DNA from: Eledone cirrhosa
Lineage: Eukaryota
Direction: 5' to 3'
Assembly: GCA_964016885.1 (NCBI GenBank)
Contig: OZ024740.1
Coordinates: 142,538,001-142,602,000, forward strand
DNA length: 64,000 nucleotides
The notes beneath the pieces are model-generated. The model did not search any database. It saw only the letters and a list, made by a program, of their open reading frames with translations, and was not told the origin of the DNA. Made by a program: the position numbers and the translations under genes. Shown in pieces: positions 1 through 13,528 of the stretch (position 1 is the first letter of the stretch; each line of letters opens with the position of its first letter).

Positions 1-47
1 TATATAAAATATATGATATATATATTATTAAGTGTCAGATTATTAAA

Positions 48-150
48 GGCGGTGGATTGCCAGTATCGGTAGAGGATCGGACGCCATGCTTTGAGTTCAA
101 ATCCCGCCGAGGTAATTGTTGACCTTGTGCCAAAAGTAGAAACAATTATT
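48..150 (+). mobile_element. tRNA-derived SINE, internally deleted copy with 16-bp target-site duplication
   Basis: GGCGGTGGATTG head, B-box-like GAGTTCAAATCCC, tail CCTTGTGCCAAAAGTAGAAACAATTATT. ATTATTAAGTGTCAGA is repeated at 24-39 and 145-160. Confidence 0.8.
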
Positions 151-297
151 AAGTGTCAGAACCCGACGGCTGAGCGTCTGGAACTAGCTGTTGAAATGAC
201 TCTTTATAATATATTCTACTAGCCAAGTATCGAGTACTCTGTTGAATAATGGCCTAACCAGTTTCAAATTGAATCCATCATGATTTATCTCTCTCTC

Positions 298-358
<61 letters not shown>

Positions 359-367
359 ATGTATGTA

Positions 368-436
<69 letters not shown>

Positions 437-825
437 TGAAGAGATAGATGCTAGTGACTTCGATGTTTCAGCCATATAAAGCACCAGCAGAAACTGGAAA
501 ATCTATTTTACACTCTGCTCAGGTGCATTGAGTGTTCATTCAGTTAAAGTGTGAATCCTTTAAGTCCATTCGTCTTTATAACACCTACTTGAGCGTATCT
601 GTGTTTGTGTGTGTAGAAATAGGACATTTGGAAACTATAGTGTTTATTTGATCGGTCGAAACGTAGTGTTAAGAAGGAAACACATTTAGATGAAACTGCT
701 TTGCAAATAGAGTTCTCCGATAGCTTACTGCTCGTTCTACAGCATTCACGTACATTTAAAGTTACTATTCTTATGTATAATGGACTATAGTAAAAGAAAT
801 GCCTTTCATTATGATAAATAATCTT

Positions 826-1243
826 CGGGGCAGTAGATTGGTTGTATCGGTAGAGCATCGGACAACATGCTTTGCGGCATATAGTTAAGGCCTTTTACAT
901 TCTGAGTTCAAAATCCTGCCGAAATTAGCTTTGCCTTTCATCCTTACAGGCGTCGATAAAATAAAGCACCAGTAACGCATTAGTATAGATTTAATCGATT
1001 TTCCCCTTGCCTTGAAAATGTCAAATGTAGAAATAATTATAATGAATAGTCCTAGAGCGGTAGATTAGAAGAATCTTTAGAGCTTTGGAGAAAGTGCGTA
1101 ACAGTATATATTCCAGCGTTTTTTAGTTCGGAATTCAAATCCCAACGTGGTCAGCTTTGCCTTTCGTTGGTTCGGGTTGATCAAATAAAATCCTAGTCAA
1201 GTATTTAAATTTCTGGCCTTGTTCCTATATTAGAAGCTATTAT
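826..1243 (+). mobile_element. Two adjacent degenerate copies of the main tRNA-derived SINE family
   Basis: GAGTTCAAA...CTTTGCCTTTCATCC...TCGATAAAATAAAG(C/T)ACCAGT motif at ~903-975, and a more diverged copy at ~1130-1240. Confidence 0.8.
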
Positions 1244-1867
1244 GATAAAAAGTCCTGATACTCCTATATGTCTTCACAAATGGACCATGTTCTTTACATA
1301 CTTGTCTTGTCATGCGTCTACATAGTTTATTCTGTATTATTTTAATCCTATCTGCAAATCCTTGTTATTATCACAATGGTGTGTTTTATTGGCATTTAAC
1401 AATGTTTATGACATAAGTAAAAAATGTGTTTCAGATGAATACATTGAAGTATAAAGACATTAATGTAAAATGCGTCGGTAAATAGTGCTTCTGGAATATC
1501 TCTCGTTGCCTAGCATCCAGTATCCTGTTTAAGTCGTGTTCAAATAAGCTATCCTTCAAATATAAATGAATCGATGCTACTTGTAATTGAGTGTGATCGT
1601 TCGTCAAATGTCATTTTCGTTTAGAAATGGTGCAGATGTTTGAGGCAGTCCAGAACCAGCTTTTATGTTTTACTGTCTAGGATTGCTGAAAGTATTAGTA
1701 AACTCCATGAAAACCGTGTTTTCAATGAGCTTTCTTTTTATTGTTCTTCGTATCGTTGTCTCTGGTTGGGGTGGCTGAAACCTTTCACGTGTATCTTCTT
1801 CGGGTTCTTTAGAATATGATACCAGTTAAGCTCAAAACTTAGTATTTGGTAACGTGACCGTGTTTCA

Positions 1868-2057
1868 TTGGATTGGCAGTATCGGTAGAGGGTCGGACGC
1901 CATGCTTTTCAGCATAGAGTTACGGCTCTTTGCCGTCTGAGTTCAAATCCCGCCGAGGTTAACTTTGCCTTTCATCCTTACGGGGTCGATAAAATAAAGT
2001 ACCAGTAATTCACTGGGATAATTGCTGGCCTTGTGGCAAAAGTAGAAACAATTATTT
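1868..2057 (+). mobile_element. Near full-length tRNA-derived SINE (central domain resembles the Meta-type SINE core)
   Basis: GAGTTCAAATCCCGCCGAGGTTAACTTTGCCTTTCATCCTTACGGGGTCGATAAAATAAAGTACCAGT...GGCCTTGTGGCAAAAGTAGAAACAATTATT; more than 12 related copies in this window. The superfamily label is from memory. Confidence 0.85.
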
Positions 2058-2739
2058 TAAATTGTTGTAAGCTAACTCCTGCAGGAAAGACATGTCCATG
2101 AAAAGAACTCCAGAGAGACCCAGCATGGTGGGCATAATATGAGCGACAAGAAGAAAAGACATGACTGAGACGGTGGATTGGCAGAAATGCTAGAACGACT
2201 TGTGATATACGTTCTGGTTCCTTGCGTTCTGAGTTCAAATACCGCTCGGGTTACTTGGGTGATAAACTTAATCCATCGTTCGGTTTAAGATCACCATCTG
2301 AGCTTTGGGTCCCTTTATTCCGGCAAGGGTTCCTGTTTAAGAATAACTTCCTCCTTCCGTCCCTTCTGTCTATCAAATTCTATTCACAACCCATTGGTCA
2401 ATCCGAGGCTATAGTATATGACACTTGTCCAAGGTGCCGCGCAAAACCAAGTGGTTTCGAAGCGAACTCCTTAACCAGGTGGCACATTTTATTCAGTTCT
2501 TTTCTGCAATAAATTGTTTGCATCATATTGATTTCACAGCATTGTACGTTGAAGAAGTGCGCAGACGAAACAGCTTAATTAACATTTGAAATTTTAATTC
2601 TGAAAACCATTTCCTTTTGAACAATCAGACAGCTTAATACAAAATCATATCCGGGTTTTTGTTGTTGTTGTTGTTGTTCTTATTGTGTGTGGATGTGGGT
2701 ATGTATGTGTGCGTGCGCGTGCGTGCGTGTGTGTGTGTG

Positions 2740-2896
<157 letters not shown>

Positions 2897-3279
2897 ACTG
2901 GTTACTTTTCAACTTTCTTCCATTTCATTTCTAAAACAAACTGTTCATTCTTGTCTTTGGGTCATTTTCGTGATAAAGGCAAGGAAGTATTTTTTTTTAA
3001 TCAATGCTTTAGTTAATATATTCAACCAACCTTCAGGCCATATATGCGTAATTTTTTGTTCATCATCATCAACATCATCATCATCATCATTACTATTATA
3101 TTTATATATTTTTATCTTCTGAAATATATTCCTACCATTTATTTTCATCAATAATGTGAGTGAGACATTTTACAATCCACAATCACGTTGCTATTGCAAG
3201 CAGGTGATTGTACAATAAATAAATAAATGAATAAAAGTAAGTATATTAATATTAAACATGATGATAATAATGATTCCTT

Positions 3280-3830
3280 TGTTAGCCATGCAAGGCTTGC
3301 ATAAAGAACATTAGGGACTGTACAGACAGATAGATCAAAACGGAATTGTGGGTTTTAGCGTGTAAAAAAGTCATATAACGAGATATAAAAACAAATTCAA
3401 ACAAAGTAAATTCCACAATACGGGACTTCCGTGGGTCATACATGGAGAAGGCCCACAAAAATCCGCTATCACCCTGACCACCAGGACAAGTACCTTCTCC
3501 TATTCCTCTACCTCCAATCTCCATTCATTCTGACGATGCTCGCCTCTCTCGTCCATCCTTCAACAAAATTCTTGGAATGTAACACTTCCCTCTCCATCCT
3601 GATTTTCTTGATTTTCCTCTTCAAATGAAACCTCTCCATGTGCCGAGCTGCACACCCACCGACATTTTCTGGTTATTGTTTGCTCTTGTTACCGCCTCGT
3701 ATTCCTTGAGGGCGATTCTGATCATCTCAATGTGTTTGGTGTACAACACCACTACGGTGACATCGTCGGCATATGCTGACACGGATCTCCCACAACCTAG
3801 TTCGCGTGGGACGCCCCGGTCCGCACTGAG
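3280..3830 (-). mobile_element. L1/Tx1-like LINE remnant: RT YADD region joined to ORF2 C-terminus and 3' UTR
   Basis: Minus strand reads VSAYADDVTVVV...ALKEYEAVT...GVQLGTWR, then ...KIRMEREVL...GWTREASIVRM. The 3' UTR is homologous to 6905-7170. Confidence 0.75.
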
Positions 3831-4113
3831 TCTTAGTCAAAAGACCATTATCACTTACAGACCTCCACCTACGTTAGGGAATTCATCCAGCTAATTGACA
3901 ATCGATCTCAGTAATCGAATATTGATTAACAACAATCTATTCCAGTAAAGCCAATGTAATTGTCTTTAGATGTCACACACTGTACAAAATACCTTTATAT
4001 CTGGACCATGTCAATAAATCTAGCTTTATCCACTTTAAATATGTATTTTTTCCTGAATATTATTTGCATTATATATGAGTTCAAAATACTGTTTTTCAAA
4101 TTATATATGACTG

Positions 4114-4162
<49 letters not shown>

Positions 4163-4372
4163 CTCTCTCTCTCTCTCTCCATATCTCTCTCACTCTCTCT
4201 CTCTCACTCTCTCTCTCTCTCACTCTCTCTCTCTCACTCTCTCTCTCTCTCTTTCTCTAAATATAATTTTTAATCTTGAATTATTGATGCTCTTAATTAA
4301 GGTCCATTGAACTTATTTAAAGAGACACACGGTTATCATACATATTAAATAAGTTTTGATACTTTACCATTT

Positions 4373-4450
<78 letters not shown>

Positions 4451-4609
4451 TATACATCTATATACATGTATATATATGTATATACATACATATATAATAT
4501 ATATATACATGCATATATATATATGTATTATATGTATATATATATATACATGTGTATATATATATATACATGTATATATATGTATATACTTAGATATATG
4601 TATATATAC

Positions 4610-4703
<94 letters not shown>

Positions 4704-4746
4704 GTGTATATATATATATACATGTATATATATGTATATACTTAGA

Positions 4747-4799
<53 letters not shown>

Positions 4800-5012
4800 G
4801 TAGATAAATCTACCAAAAATTTACGGTAGTGTCCAATCCGTATGAAGAACTCAATGTAATCCGGATATCATGAAAAGAGAGGATGTATTCAAAAACTATT
4901 TTCGGTGAAAATTAACGGAAAACAGAGTCAAGATAAATTAATAAAGTAATGAATAAACAAAGAAACAGTTCCTTATATTAAAAAAATTCATCATTTTACG
5001 ATTGTTTCTAGG

Positions 5013-5108
<96 letters not shown>

Positions 5109-5160
5109 AATATCTAAAGCTGGAAGAGCTCAAGATCCGAGGAAAGAGTTTGTAATATAT

Positions 5161-5435
5161 ATATATATATACAAATATTAATAAAATAGATGTTCTTTTG
5201 ATCAATAAAATTTTATTATACATATTTCAGAGGTACAGCAGTACGTCCTCATCAGACAAAATATAATGATACATGACTTAATCAAGGTGACTACCTTGAT
5301 GAAATATTAACCATCTAACATCTCAAGGTATGTCATGTATCATTATATTTTGTCTGATGAGGACGTACTATTGTACCTCTGAAATATGTATAATAAAATT
5401 TAATTGATCAAAAGAACATCTATTTTATTAATATT

Positions 5436-5440
<5 letters not shown>
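5161..5440. mobile_element. Fold-back Penelope-like 3' end between (TA)n tracts with degenerate hammerhead core
   Basis: 5170-5290 is the inverted copy of ~5325-5440. CTGATGAGGACGTACTATTGTACCTCTGAAA at 5354-5384. Confidence 0.7.
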
Positions 5441-5512
<72 letters not shown>

Positions 5513-5515
<3 letters not shown>

Positions 5516-5728
5516 AACAAGTAAGACCCCGACGGCTGAGCTCAAGCCGTTTCGACGGCTAATTCTGTACTCAATTCTGTACTAATTCTGTACAGAATTA
5601 GCCGTCGAAACGGCTTGAGCTCAGCCGTCGGGGTCTTACTTGTTCTTATTACCCACTCTACTACCCTAAGTATTGAGTACTTTGGTGCGTTATGGTCCAC
5701 CTGGTTCCTTACCACATTTCCTTCGTTA
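5513..5728 (+). mobile_element. Fold-back element family A in (TA)n
   Basis: Palindromic GACCCCGACGGCTGAGCTCAAGCCGTTTCGACGGCTA...TAGCCGTCGAAACGGCTTGAGCTCAGCCGTCGGGGTC, then a conserved tail ending CCTTCGTTATATA. Homologous copies at 33311, 42534, 49607, 58719, 59056. Confidence 0.85.
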
Positions 5729-6563
5729 TATATATATATATATATATATAGATATATATATTACAAACTCTTTCCTCGGATCTTGAGCTCTTCCAGCTTT
5801 GGATATTCCATATATATATATCGCAACTTAAGAGCTTTTTTGTAAACTGAACATCAAAAGAATAGTTTTTCTTTCTATTATTTGGTTTCCATTTAGAATG
5901 AATTTTTCGGTTTTATTCTCTTTATTTTATGTTTTATTTTGTTGTACTTTTATACACTTTTCAGAAGGTTGTTATTTTTTCACTCTATAAGTGGATTTTC
6001 TCTCTTCAGATTTCATTCTGAATATGTCCTATTTCCCTTGTTATGATAGATCACATCACCTATGTCCTCTTCTATTCCGATATATCATGTATATCATTCT
6101 TACTTTATGTTTCTGTCGAAGCTGCTGCTGTTGCTGTTTTTATAATCTTAACTTAACAGTATCTAAATTATCATCCAGCGATCAAAATCTTTTTAAACTG
6201 TGATATTCCTATTTTCGTTTAGTTGAAATAGAAATATGAAAAAAGAATAAATGTTTATCTTTCTTCGCGTATCAAGCAGATCCATCAAATGGAATATTTT
6301 CTTAATAACAACAACAACAACAACAACAACAACTTCTTATGGCATAATATTCTTGTCCTGTTTAGTTTTTCTTTTCTTTATTTCTATACTGGGTGATATA
6401 CATTATAATTCTTATCTATTTTTTAACGTATTTTTACACCAAACAATCTCTTCTACACCCATTTCCTACTTTATTTGTTGCGTATTGTTCGTTTTTAAGT
6501 GGATTATATATATTTTGTGCATTATGGTAGCATTATGGTATGTAGTGTGGCAGACTAGCAGGA

Positions 6564-6597
<34 letters not shown>

Positions 6598-6904
6598 CAT
6601 GAAATTTGTAACATAATCGTCCCAATGTAAATGACTATAATAAAAGTCGGTCACTATAAATAATATTTGAAAAAATCGAATAAAGTTCTCCTGAAAACTA
6701 AAAACAAATAAGGGAACAATGACGGCTGCGAGGAATCGAACCTCACATCTTTCGAATGCCGAATGTTTGCGTTAACCACAACTCTAATGAGCCGTTAGCC
6801 GCTAAAACCGTCTATGGAAGTGTAAAAACGGTTAACGTAAAGAGCATTGGTAAAAATTTGAAATTTGAAATGAGAGCATCAATACAAATGATAATAATAA
6901 TAAT

Positions 6905-7170
6905 AATGTTTTCTTTATTACCCACAAGCGTTGACACAAAGCATAACATTAAGGACAGCACAGGGCAGTACAAATGGGTGTTTCTGCGTGTAAAAACAAA
7001 AACGTAAAACAAAAACAAAGGATGTAACAAAAAAATGAAACAAAGGAAAATTCCCCGATAGCGGCGAGACTTCCGAGGGTCACTCGTGGAGAAAACCCAC
7101 AAAAAGAAGCCACGGTAACCCTGACCACCTGTGCAAGTGCCCTCTCTGTTTTCCACCTCCAATCTCCAAT
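6905..7170 (-). mobile_element. 3' UTR of the Tx1-like LINE family
   Basis: GACTTCCGAGGGTCAC...CCCTGACCACC...ACCTCCAATCTCCA matches 3424-3524. Confidence 0.65.
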
Positions 7171-7179
7171 CCGGTCAGG

Positions 7180-8660
7180 AGAAATTTTAAGTAAAATTGA
7201 GCTATGGTTTACAGGAAAATGGAAAAAAGACTACGGAAGAATGGAACAGTTAAAACAGAATTTTATCGAAAAACCAGAAGATAAGAACAGAATATATGAA
7301 CAGAAATAAGCAGTTCGAGGAGAATAGATTGTTCCAAAATAACCCCAAACAATTCTTCCGCACTTTGAAAGGAAACAATAAGAAGGACACTGTTCCTAAC
7401 ACTGACCAGACCTAGCAGTTCTGGAATGGGATAAGGTGAAATACTGTGATGCATGAACGGATGTTAAATGGATAGAAACTATCAAGACAGAATTGCCAGG
7501 AGGAAATAGCCAAAGAGATATTACAATAAGCACAGTCGATGTGAAGAATAAAGTGGCCAAGGTACCAAACTAGAACGCTTCTGGTCCGGAAGGGATCCAG
7601 GAATTTTCGCTGAAAAGATGCAATGTGGTTCACGGAAGACTGGCAACTCAATTGAATTAATGTATTCATACAGTTGCAGTTCACTCATGGGTGGTAACAG
7701 AAAGAACAACGCTCGTAATAAAAGTGAATGTTGTGGGAAACTACTGTCCTGTAACATAATATGGAAGTTACTTATTTGGATATTTGTGGAGAAGGCATAT
7801 ACTATTCTTTTACAGGAAGGGATATTACCAAGGGAACAAAAAGGATGTAGAAAGAGATCTCAAGATACCAAGGATCACCTGGTTATCGATAAGACAGCTT
7901 TGAGGCATTGTATAAAACATAACACCAACATCACTGCAATGAATATCTAGGTAGTTGCAGGGGTTAAATATAGTGCATCCATTCTCAAATGGACCGAAGA
8001 AGAAATATTAAAGTTAATGACATTTTACGGAGTTTTACACCCTAAAACAAATATAGATAGATTGTACATGAAGAGAAAAGCCTGGTCATTGTTAAGAGCA
8101 GTAGTAACCTTACTATTGTCTCCTTTCAAAGTGCAGAAGAATTGTTTGGGATTATTTCTGATCATATATCTTCTTATCTTCTGGTTTTTCGACAAGTGTG
8201 GAATATTGCATAAGGAGTATAAGGAGGACGCTTGCAGAATATTTGGCAAACAGTGACGAAGAGTTGTTGCAATATGCAGCAGAAGATATGGGTATAAATG
8301 CAGTAGAAATAGTTGGTAAAGAAAAGTTTAAACAAAGATTCTCTGGTCAGTTTGAAAGTTATATACAGGATATCAAGGATAAAACATCATCATGGTTATG
8401 ACTTAAACAAGGTGATGTGAAGCGTACCACTGAAAGCTTTATAATTGCAGCACAAGACCAAGTTCTTGCAACAAATTCGATGAAATATAACATCTACAAA
8501 CCTTCTGATTCCAAGAAATGCAGACTCTGGGAAAGTATGTGGAAAGTGTAATCCACTTGGTAAGTGGATGTGAGAACGTTGAGCAAAATAAATACAAGCG
8601 TCGTCATGATAAAGTCTGTTTGTAACATCATCGGCGTAGCCATTCCAAATGGTATGAATA
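7180..8660 (+). mobile_element. R4/Dong-like non-LTR retrotransposon (restriction-like endonuclease type), fragmented
   Basis: Motifs EQKGCRKRSQDTKDHLVIDK, LHPKTNIDRLYMKRK, TESFIIAAQDQVLATN, KKCRL, YKRRHDKV spread over several broken frames. Confidence 0.85.
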
Positions 8661-8974
8661 TTGCGAGTAAAGAGGTTGAAAAAAATCACCAAGTACTCCT
8701 AAATGAAAGAGGAAAAGAAATTTTCAAAAATATATATATATATATATATATATATTATGGACGGTTGTTTTATGACCCCTTTGTCACACAAAAACATAAC
8801 AATTAATTCAAAGCAAAAACTTGACAATTAACCAACTCACGGAGCTCACAAAAACACATTTTCAGTCCGACGACCAATAATAATAATAATATTAATAATG
8901 ATAAATATGCAATCACTATTGATAATAGTTGAGAAAATCGGGTGAAGTACCCCTGAAGACGGGAAAAGTGGACA

Positions 8975-9300
8975 GAGGCCTCTGCGACATCCTTCCAGTT
9001 CTTGTCCACCAAGAGATCTGGTCCAAATCAGACTCCGAACAAATTAAGCGGTCCAGCGACAAATATTGCCTCTGGGCCTCCTGGACTAGCCTTTCCACGA
9101 GCCAAGTTGCAAGCCCACATGTCACCTGCTGGTATTCTTCTAGTATGGCGCCCACCGTCTCCACATCCGATGTGTTCAACACCATGGTGGTGACATGATC
9201 GGCATAGACCATCACGGTTCTTCTCTGGCCCTGTTCGAATAGGATACCTTTCAGAGTTTCCATCTTCCTCAGTAATGACTCTGATACCAACATGTACAGG
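8975..9300 (-). mobile_element. Tx1-like LINE RT fragment
   Basis: TVMVYADHVTTMV...VGAILEEYQQVT is homologous to the 3700-3790 RT segment. Confidence 0.65.
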
Positions 9301-9611
9301 AGTGAGGGAAAAGAACATTTACGAAAACCCTTTCTAGTACCAGAAACTGTATAGATAAAATGTAAACATTAGAACTGTAGTATAAAGCATAAGGTACATA
9401 GATGGATAATATATAGTTGTAGCAGAGGAAGAAGGCAGTGCCGATGACCTTTGAAAGACATCTAATATTTTAAGATCGATGCGATTGATTTTCGAAAAAT
9501 GAAAAAATTGTTAATAAGCTGTTTTTGTATGAATTCAATAAATTTTCTGAAACATATAACTACTATTCATGACTCAAATTTTAACTCCAATAACCTTACA
9601 AATTACATTAC

Positions 9612-9713
<102 letters not shown>

Positions 9714-10182
9714 TATACACACACTCACACACCCGTTAACGGTGAAAGCAGCGATTCTTGGCTTAAACTTTAATCTGTTATTTTAATAAATATATATATA
9801 TACAAAGTCACATATTTATACATATAGTGTCCGAGACTGTATCGATGTATATATATATAAGTATACACATATTTAATATGTTTAAATGCCTACTTATTAG
9901 ATATGTGTATATTTATATACACATTGATGCAGTCTCGGTTACCTAACCCATATGTATACAAGTATAACTTCATCATACACTTTGGCTGCTAGCGCACTGT
10001 TATATATATATTATTTATTTTTCCTCTTATTTCTTACTTTAATATCTTCCTCGCTTCCTTTCTCCCTTATACACACTGTTGACAACCAGACCATGAGAGC
10101 ATAAGGTATATATGTGTGTTTATATAAGTGCGTGTATATGTGTATATATGTGTAGATGTGTATCCGGGCCTTTGTTTACAAC

Positions 10183-10344
10183 CAGGACCTACAATAGAAA
10201 TTTTGCAAAGTGGTACAAGACCCCTTTGGGGCCCGAAGCAGGCAAAGATTTTTCTCAAAAGGGATGTTGCATGGTTGCTGTAAGGCCTTCTTAGCTCTTG
10301 GGCCCCGGAACAAAGATCGGCACGATCCTCTCTCATAGGCCCTG
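10183..10344. mobile_element. hAT-like MITE
   Basis: TIR CAGGACCTA / TAGGCCCTG (1 mismatch). 8-bp TSD TTTACAAC at 10175-10182 and 10345-10352. Confidence 0.75.
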
Positions 10345-11624
10345 TTTACAACAACAGACAACTCTCTAAATGGCCAGTAGTACTACAACAGCTATCTACT
10401 TGTGTATCTATCTTCGGACAACAAAAATAACATCTATCTAACTACATGCCTAATTGTTTATGTTTGTCTGTTTATCTATCTACCTGTCTACCTTTTTCCT
10501 AATCTACCTTTTCCTTAATCTATCTGCATACCTATCTGACTATATATCTATCTAACTACCTACCTGCGTATCTATTTATAGTTACTTGTTTATGTATATT
10601 TACCAATGTATCTATCTTTGAACAAGAACAACAATAACAACAACAAAGCACGACTCCCAATAGTAGTCCAAAAATAAATAGATACATAGGTGGAACAAAG
10701 TCAACATAATTTAGCGAATATATGTTAAATATTGATTAAAGAAAATATGGGAGAACATTAATGTAACTAATATAAATGAGTGTAAAATAAAATACGACGA
10801 AGGTCGGTATGACAAGATAGATAAGATGAAAGAAAATTCGAGGATCCAAAGAAAATTATTTGTTTTTAATATTGTTTTAAAAAGTCGAAACTGGTAAAAC
10901 ATGTGATACAACTTACTTCATGTAAACAAATATTTGTTTTGCTTGATTGAAGGAAAAACATTTTTTTATATACTTCTGTTTTAAAAAGTCGAAACTGATA
11001 AAATATATTATTCATATATGTGTAGGTGTGGGGGTGGATCCCGTCCGATCTTCCCACATATACCTTCGCAGAGTCAATTATGAACAGAAAACGGTGAATT
11101 ATTTTTCAAATTTGCACGGATTCAATACATATGTTATAATATTACAACTTTTCAGTTTATGTTTAATTACATTTGGTTATGTACTTGCACATAAGCGAGT
11201 ATATTTGTGGGCGGATTATGTTCGTTGTGCATGTGGTGTTTAGTTAGACCAATCAAAAGTTATAAATTTCTTCGCAATAGTGAAGAAGTAGATAGGGAGC
11301 ACAATTTGTCACATGAATAGAATCAATGTTGGCTTACAATTTTTTGCATGATAAATCAAAGTTGAGTTCTAATATCTAATTGTTTTGTATTATATTTTCT
11401 TTAAAAGTAATGAATATTTTTTCCCATCTCACCACATTGACGAGTTCAAAATAAACTTAATTGTGGCGACCTTATCTTCCTAGACAAGCTTTCAAATATT
11501 TCGAACCTCCTCTGACATTTCAGTCTTTCCCTCCACTACAGCAAAAATGAATTTAAAAAACTTAAAAAGGGATAAAGATCCCATAACTCCGTGTGGTTTC
11601 GTATAGGTTCCGTCAAATGGTGTG

Positions 11625-11870
11625 TCTAGGGCACTTTTAAACCTGGCGGAGCCCAACCCACTCCAGCCGATTTTTTCTATAGAGGCCGATTTTTCTATAG
11701 AGCAAGAATCTACCCTAGTACTGGACTGATACCCTTTTTATCAACCTCGAAAGGATGAAAGGCAAAGTTGACTCCGGCGGGATTTGAGCTCAGAGCGCAC
11801 AATGTGGTGGGATGAATACCGTAAGGCATTCTACCTGACGTCTTAACAACTCTGCCAATTCGCCGCTTAT
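11625..11870 (-). mobile_element. tRNA-derived SINE variant with a distinct 3' region
   Basis: GGATGAAAGGCAAAGTTGACTCCGGCGGGATTTGAGCTCAG core. The TTTTAAACCTGGCGGAGCCCA segment is shared with 51960-52140. Confidence 0.65.
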
Positions 11871-12413
11871 AGGCCCCTATTTCTTGCGGGGCCCTCAGGC
11901 TTCAGTCTACTCAACCTTAAAAATAATACCTCTCTAAACCCATCTAATTGATCATTCTTTAAATATGCTAAAAGACATAATGCTTTTAAACTTGAAAGGT
12001 GGAATCATTTGCTCAGATACAACCACATAATTTTTCTTTAAAATTCGCCTAATAATTACTTGTTTTTTTTTCTTGTTTTTTTTTTTTGTTTTTTCCGTTT
12101 CAATTAATACGGATTTGGAGAATTTGTTTGTAGTTCTTGTTGTGTTATCCCTTCTTCAGTTATCCCTTTTTTGTTTAATGGTTCACTGATGTTTGTCTTG
12201 GAAAAGTGCTTTTGTTGTGGTTATACAATTATGGCATTACATGGCTTCATCTTTCTCTCTCTCTATCCCACACATACATACACATACACGTACTCTCTCT
12301 CTCTCTCTCTATCTCTATCTCTCTTACAAATAAATACAGACACATACTCACATACTCTCTCTCTCTCTCTCTCGCTCATTCTCACTCTCTCTCACTCTTT
12401 CTCTCTCTCACAT

Positions 12414-12444
<31 letters not shown>

Positions 12445-12478
12445 CTCTCTCACTCTCTTTCACACACACATACACACA

Positions 12479-12571
<93 letters not shown>

Positions 12572-12769
12572 ACCGGTCTTTCATTTTTCCTTCGCTCTCT
12601 TTTCATTACTATTTGCCTGTTTCACTTTTAGTTCTTCATTTTAGCGCCAACATTCAATGTTTTGGAACTTGTAGCCATTTTAGTATCTCTTTCAATCTTT
12701 TCATTCTAACTTTCACCCACTTTGATGCATTCTTTCCGAATATTTTAGTACTAGCACATATTATGTGTT

Positions 12770-12880
12770 AAAATCCCGCCGAGGTTCACTTTGCCTTTCA
12801 TCCTTACGGGGTCGATAAAATAAAGTATCAGTAATGCACTGGGTAATTGCTGGCCTTGTGCCTAAAGTAGAAACAATTAT
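12770..12880 (+). mobile_element. 5'-truncated SINE
   Basis: AATCCCGCCGAGGTTCACTTTGCCTTTCATCCTTACGGGGTCGATAAAATAAAG...AGTAGAAACAATTAT. Confidence 0.85.
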
Positions 12881-13203
12881 ATGTTAAGTGGTCTTAACTT
12901 ACTTTTCCAACTATTTAGTGTCTCTTTCGTTTATTTTATTGTCTCTCAGTCTCAATCTCTAGACTGCTGTCGGTTCGACAATCAGTGTACCCGTAGTTCA
13001 GTTAGCAGAACGTCCTACACGTTAAATTTGCGTGTAAGTCGCTAAGTATTTTACTAACAGCTATCTATACCCTTAAATTAATTCTTTGGAGATTTGGTGT
13101 GACAGAGTGTATTAGGAGATTATTCCTTGGAATTATAGGTACAGTCCATCCGACGAACTTCTCAAAGGGTTCTGTATAGCTGATTTCCCGACATTATTTA
13201 GGT

Positions 13204-13292
13204 TGCCTTTCATCCTTACGGGGTCGATAAAATAAAGTACCAGTAATGCACTGGATAATTGCTGGCCTTGTGCCTAAAGTAGAAACAATTAT
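13204..13292 (+). mobile_element. 5'-truncated SINE
   Basis: TGCCTTTCATCCTTACGGGGTCGATAAAATAAAGTACCAG...AGTAGAAACAATTATT. Confidence 0.85.
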
Positions 13293-13406
13293 TTAGGTTG
13301 GCTCTATGTATGTATGTGCGATAGTATATATGTGTGTGTCTGTGTGCGTGTGTGTGTGTGTGTGCGTGTGTCTGTGTCTGTGTGTGTCTGTGTGTGTGTG
13401 TGTGTG

Positions 13407-13528
<122 letters not shown>

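Noticed and set aside
450-495. Minus-strand hammerhead-like CTGCTGG...GAAAC...GTC
   Set aside because: Two core mismatches and weak stems; at best a decayed relic.
6720-6795. tRNA-like sequence on the minus strand (GGTTCGATTCC box)
   Set aside because: A cloverleaf could not be completed; more likely a SINE head or pseudogene.
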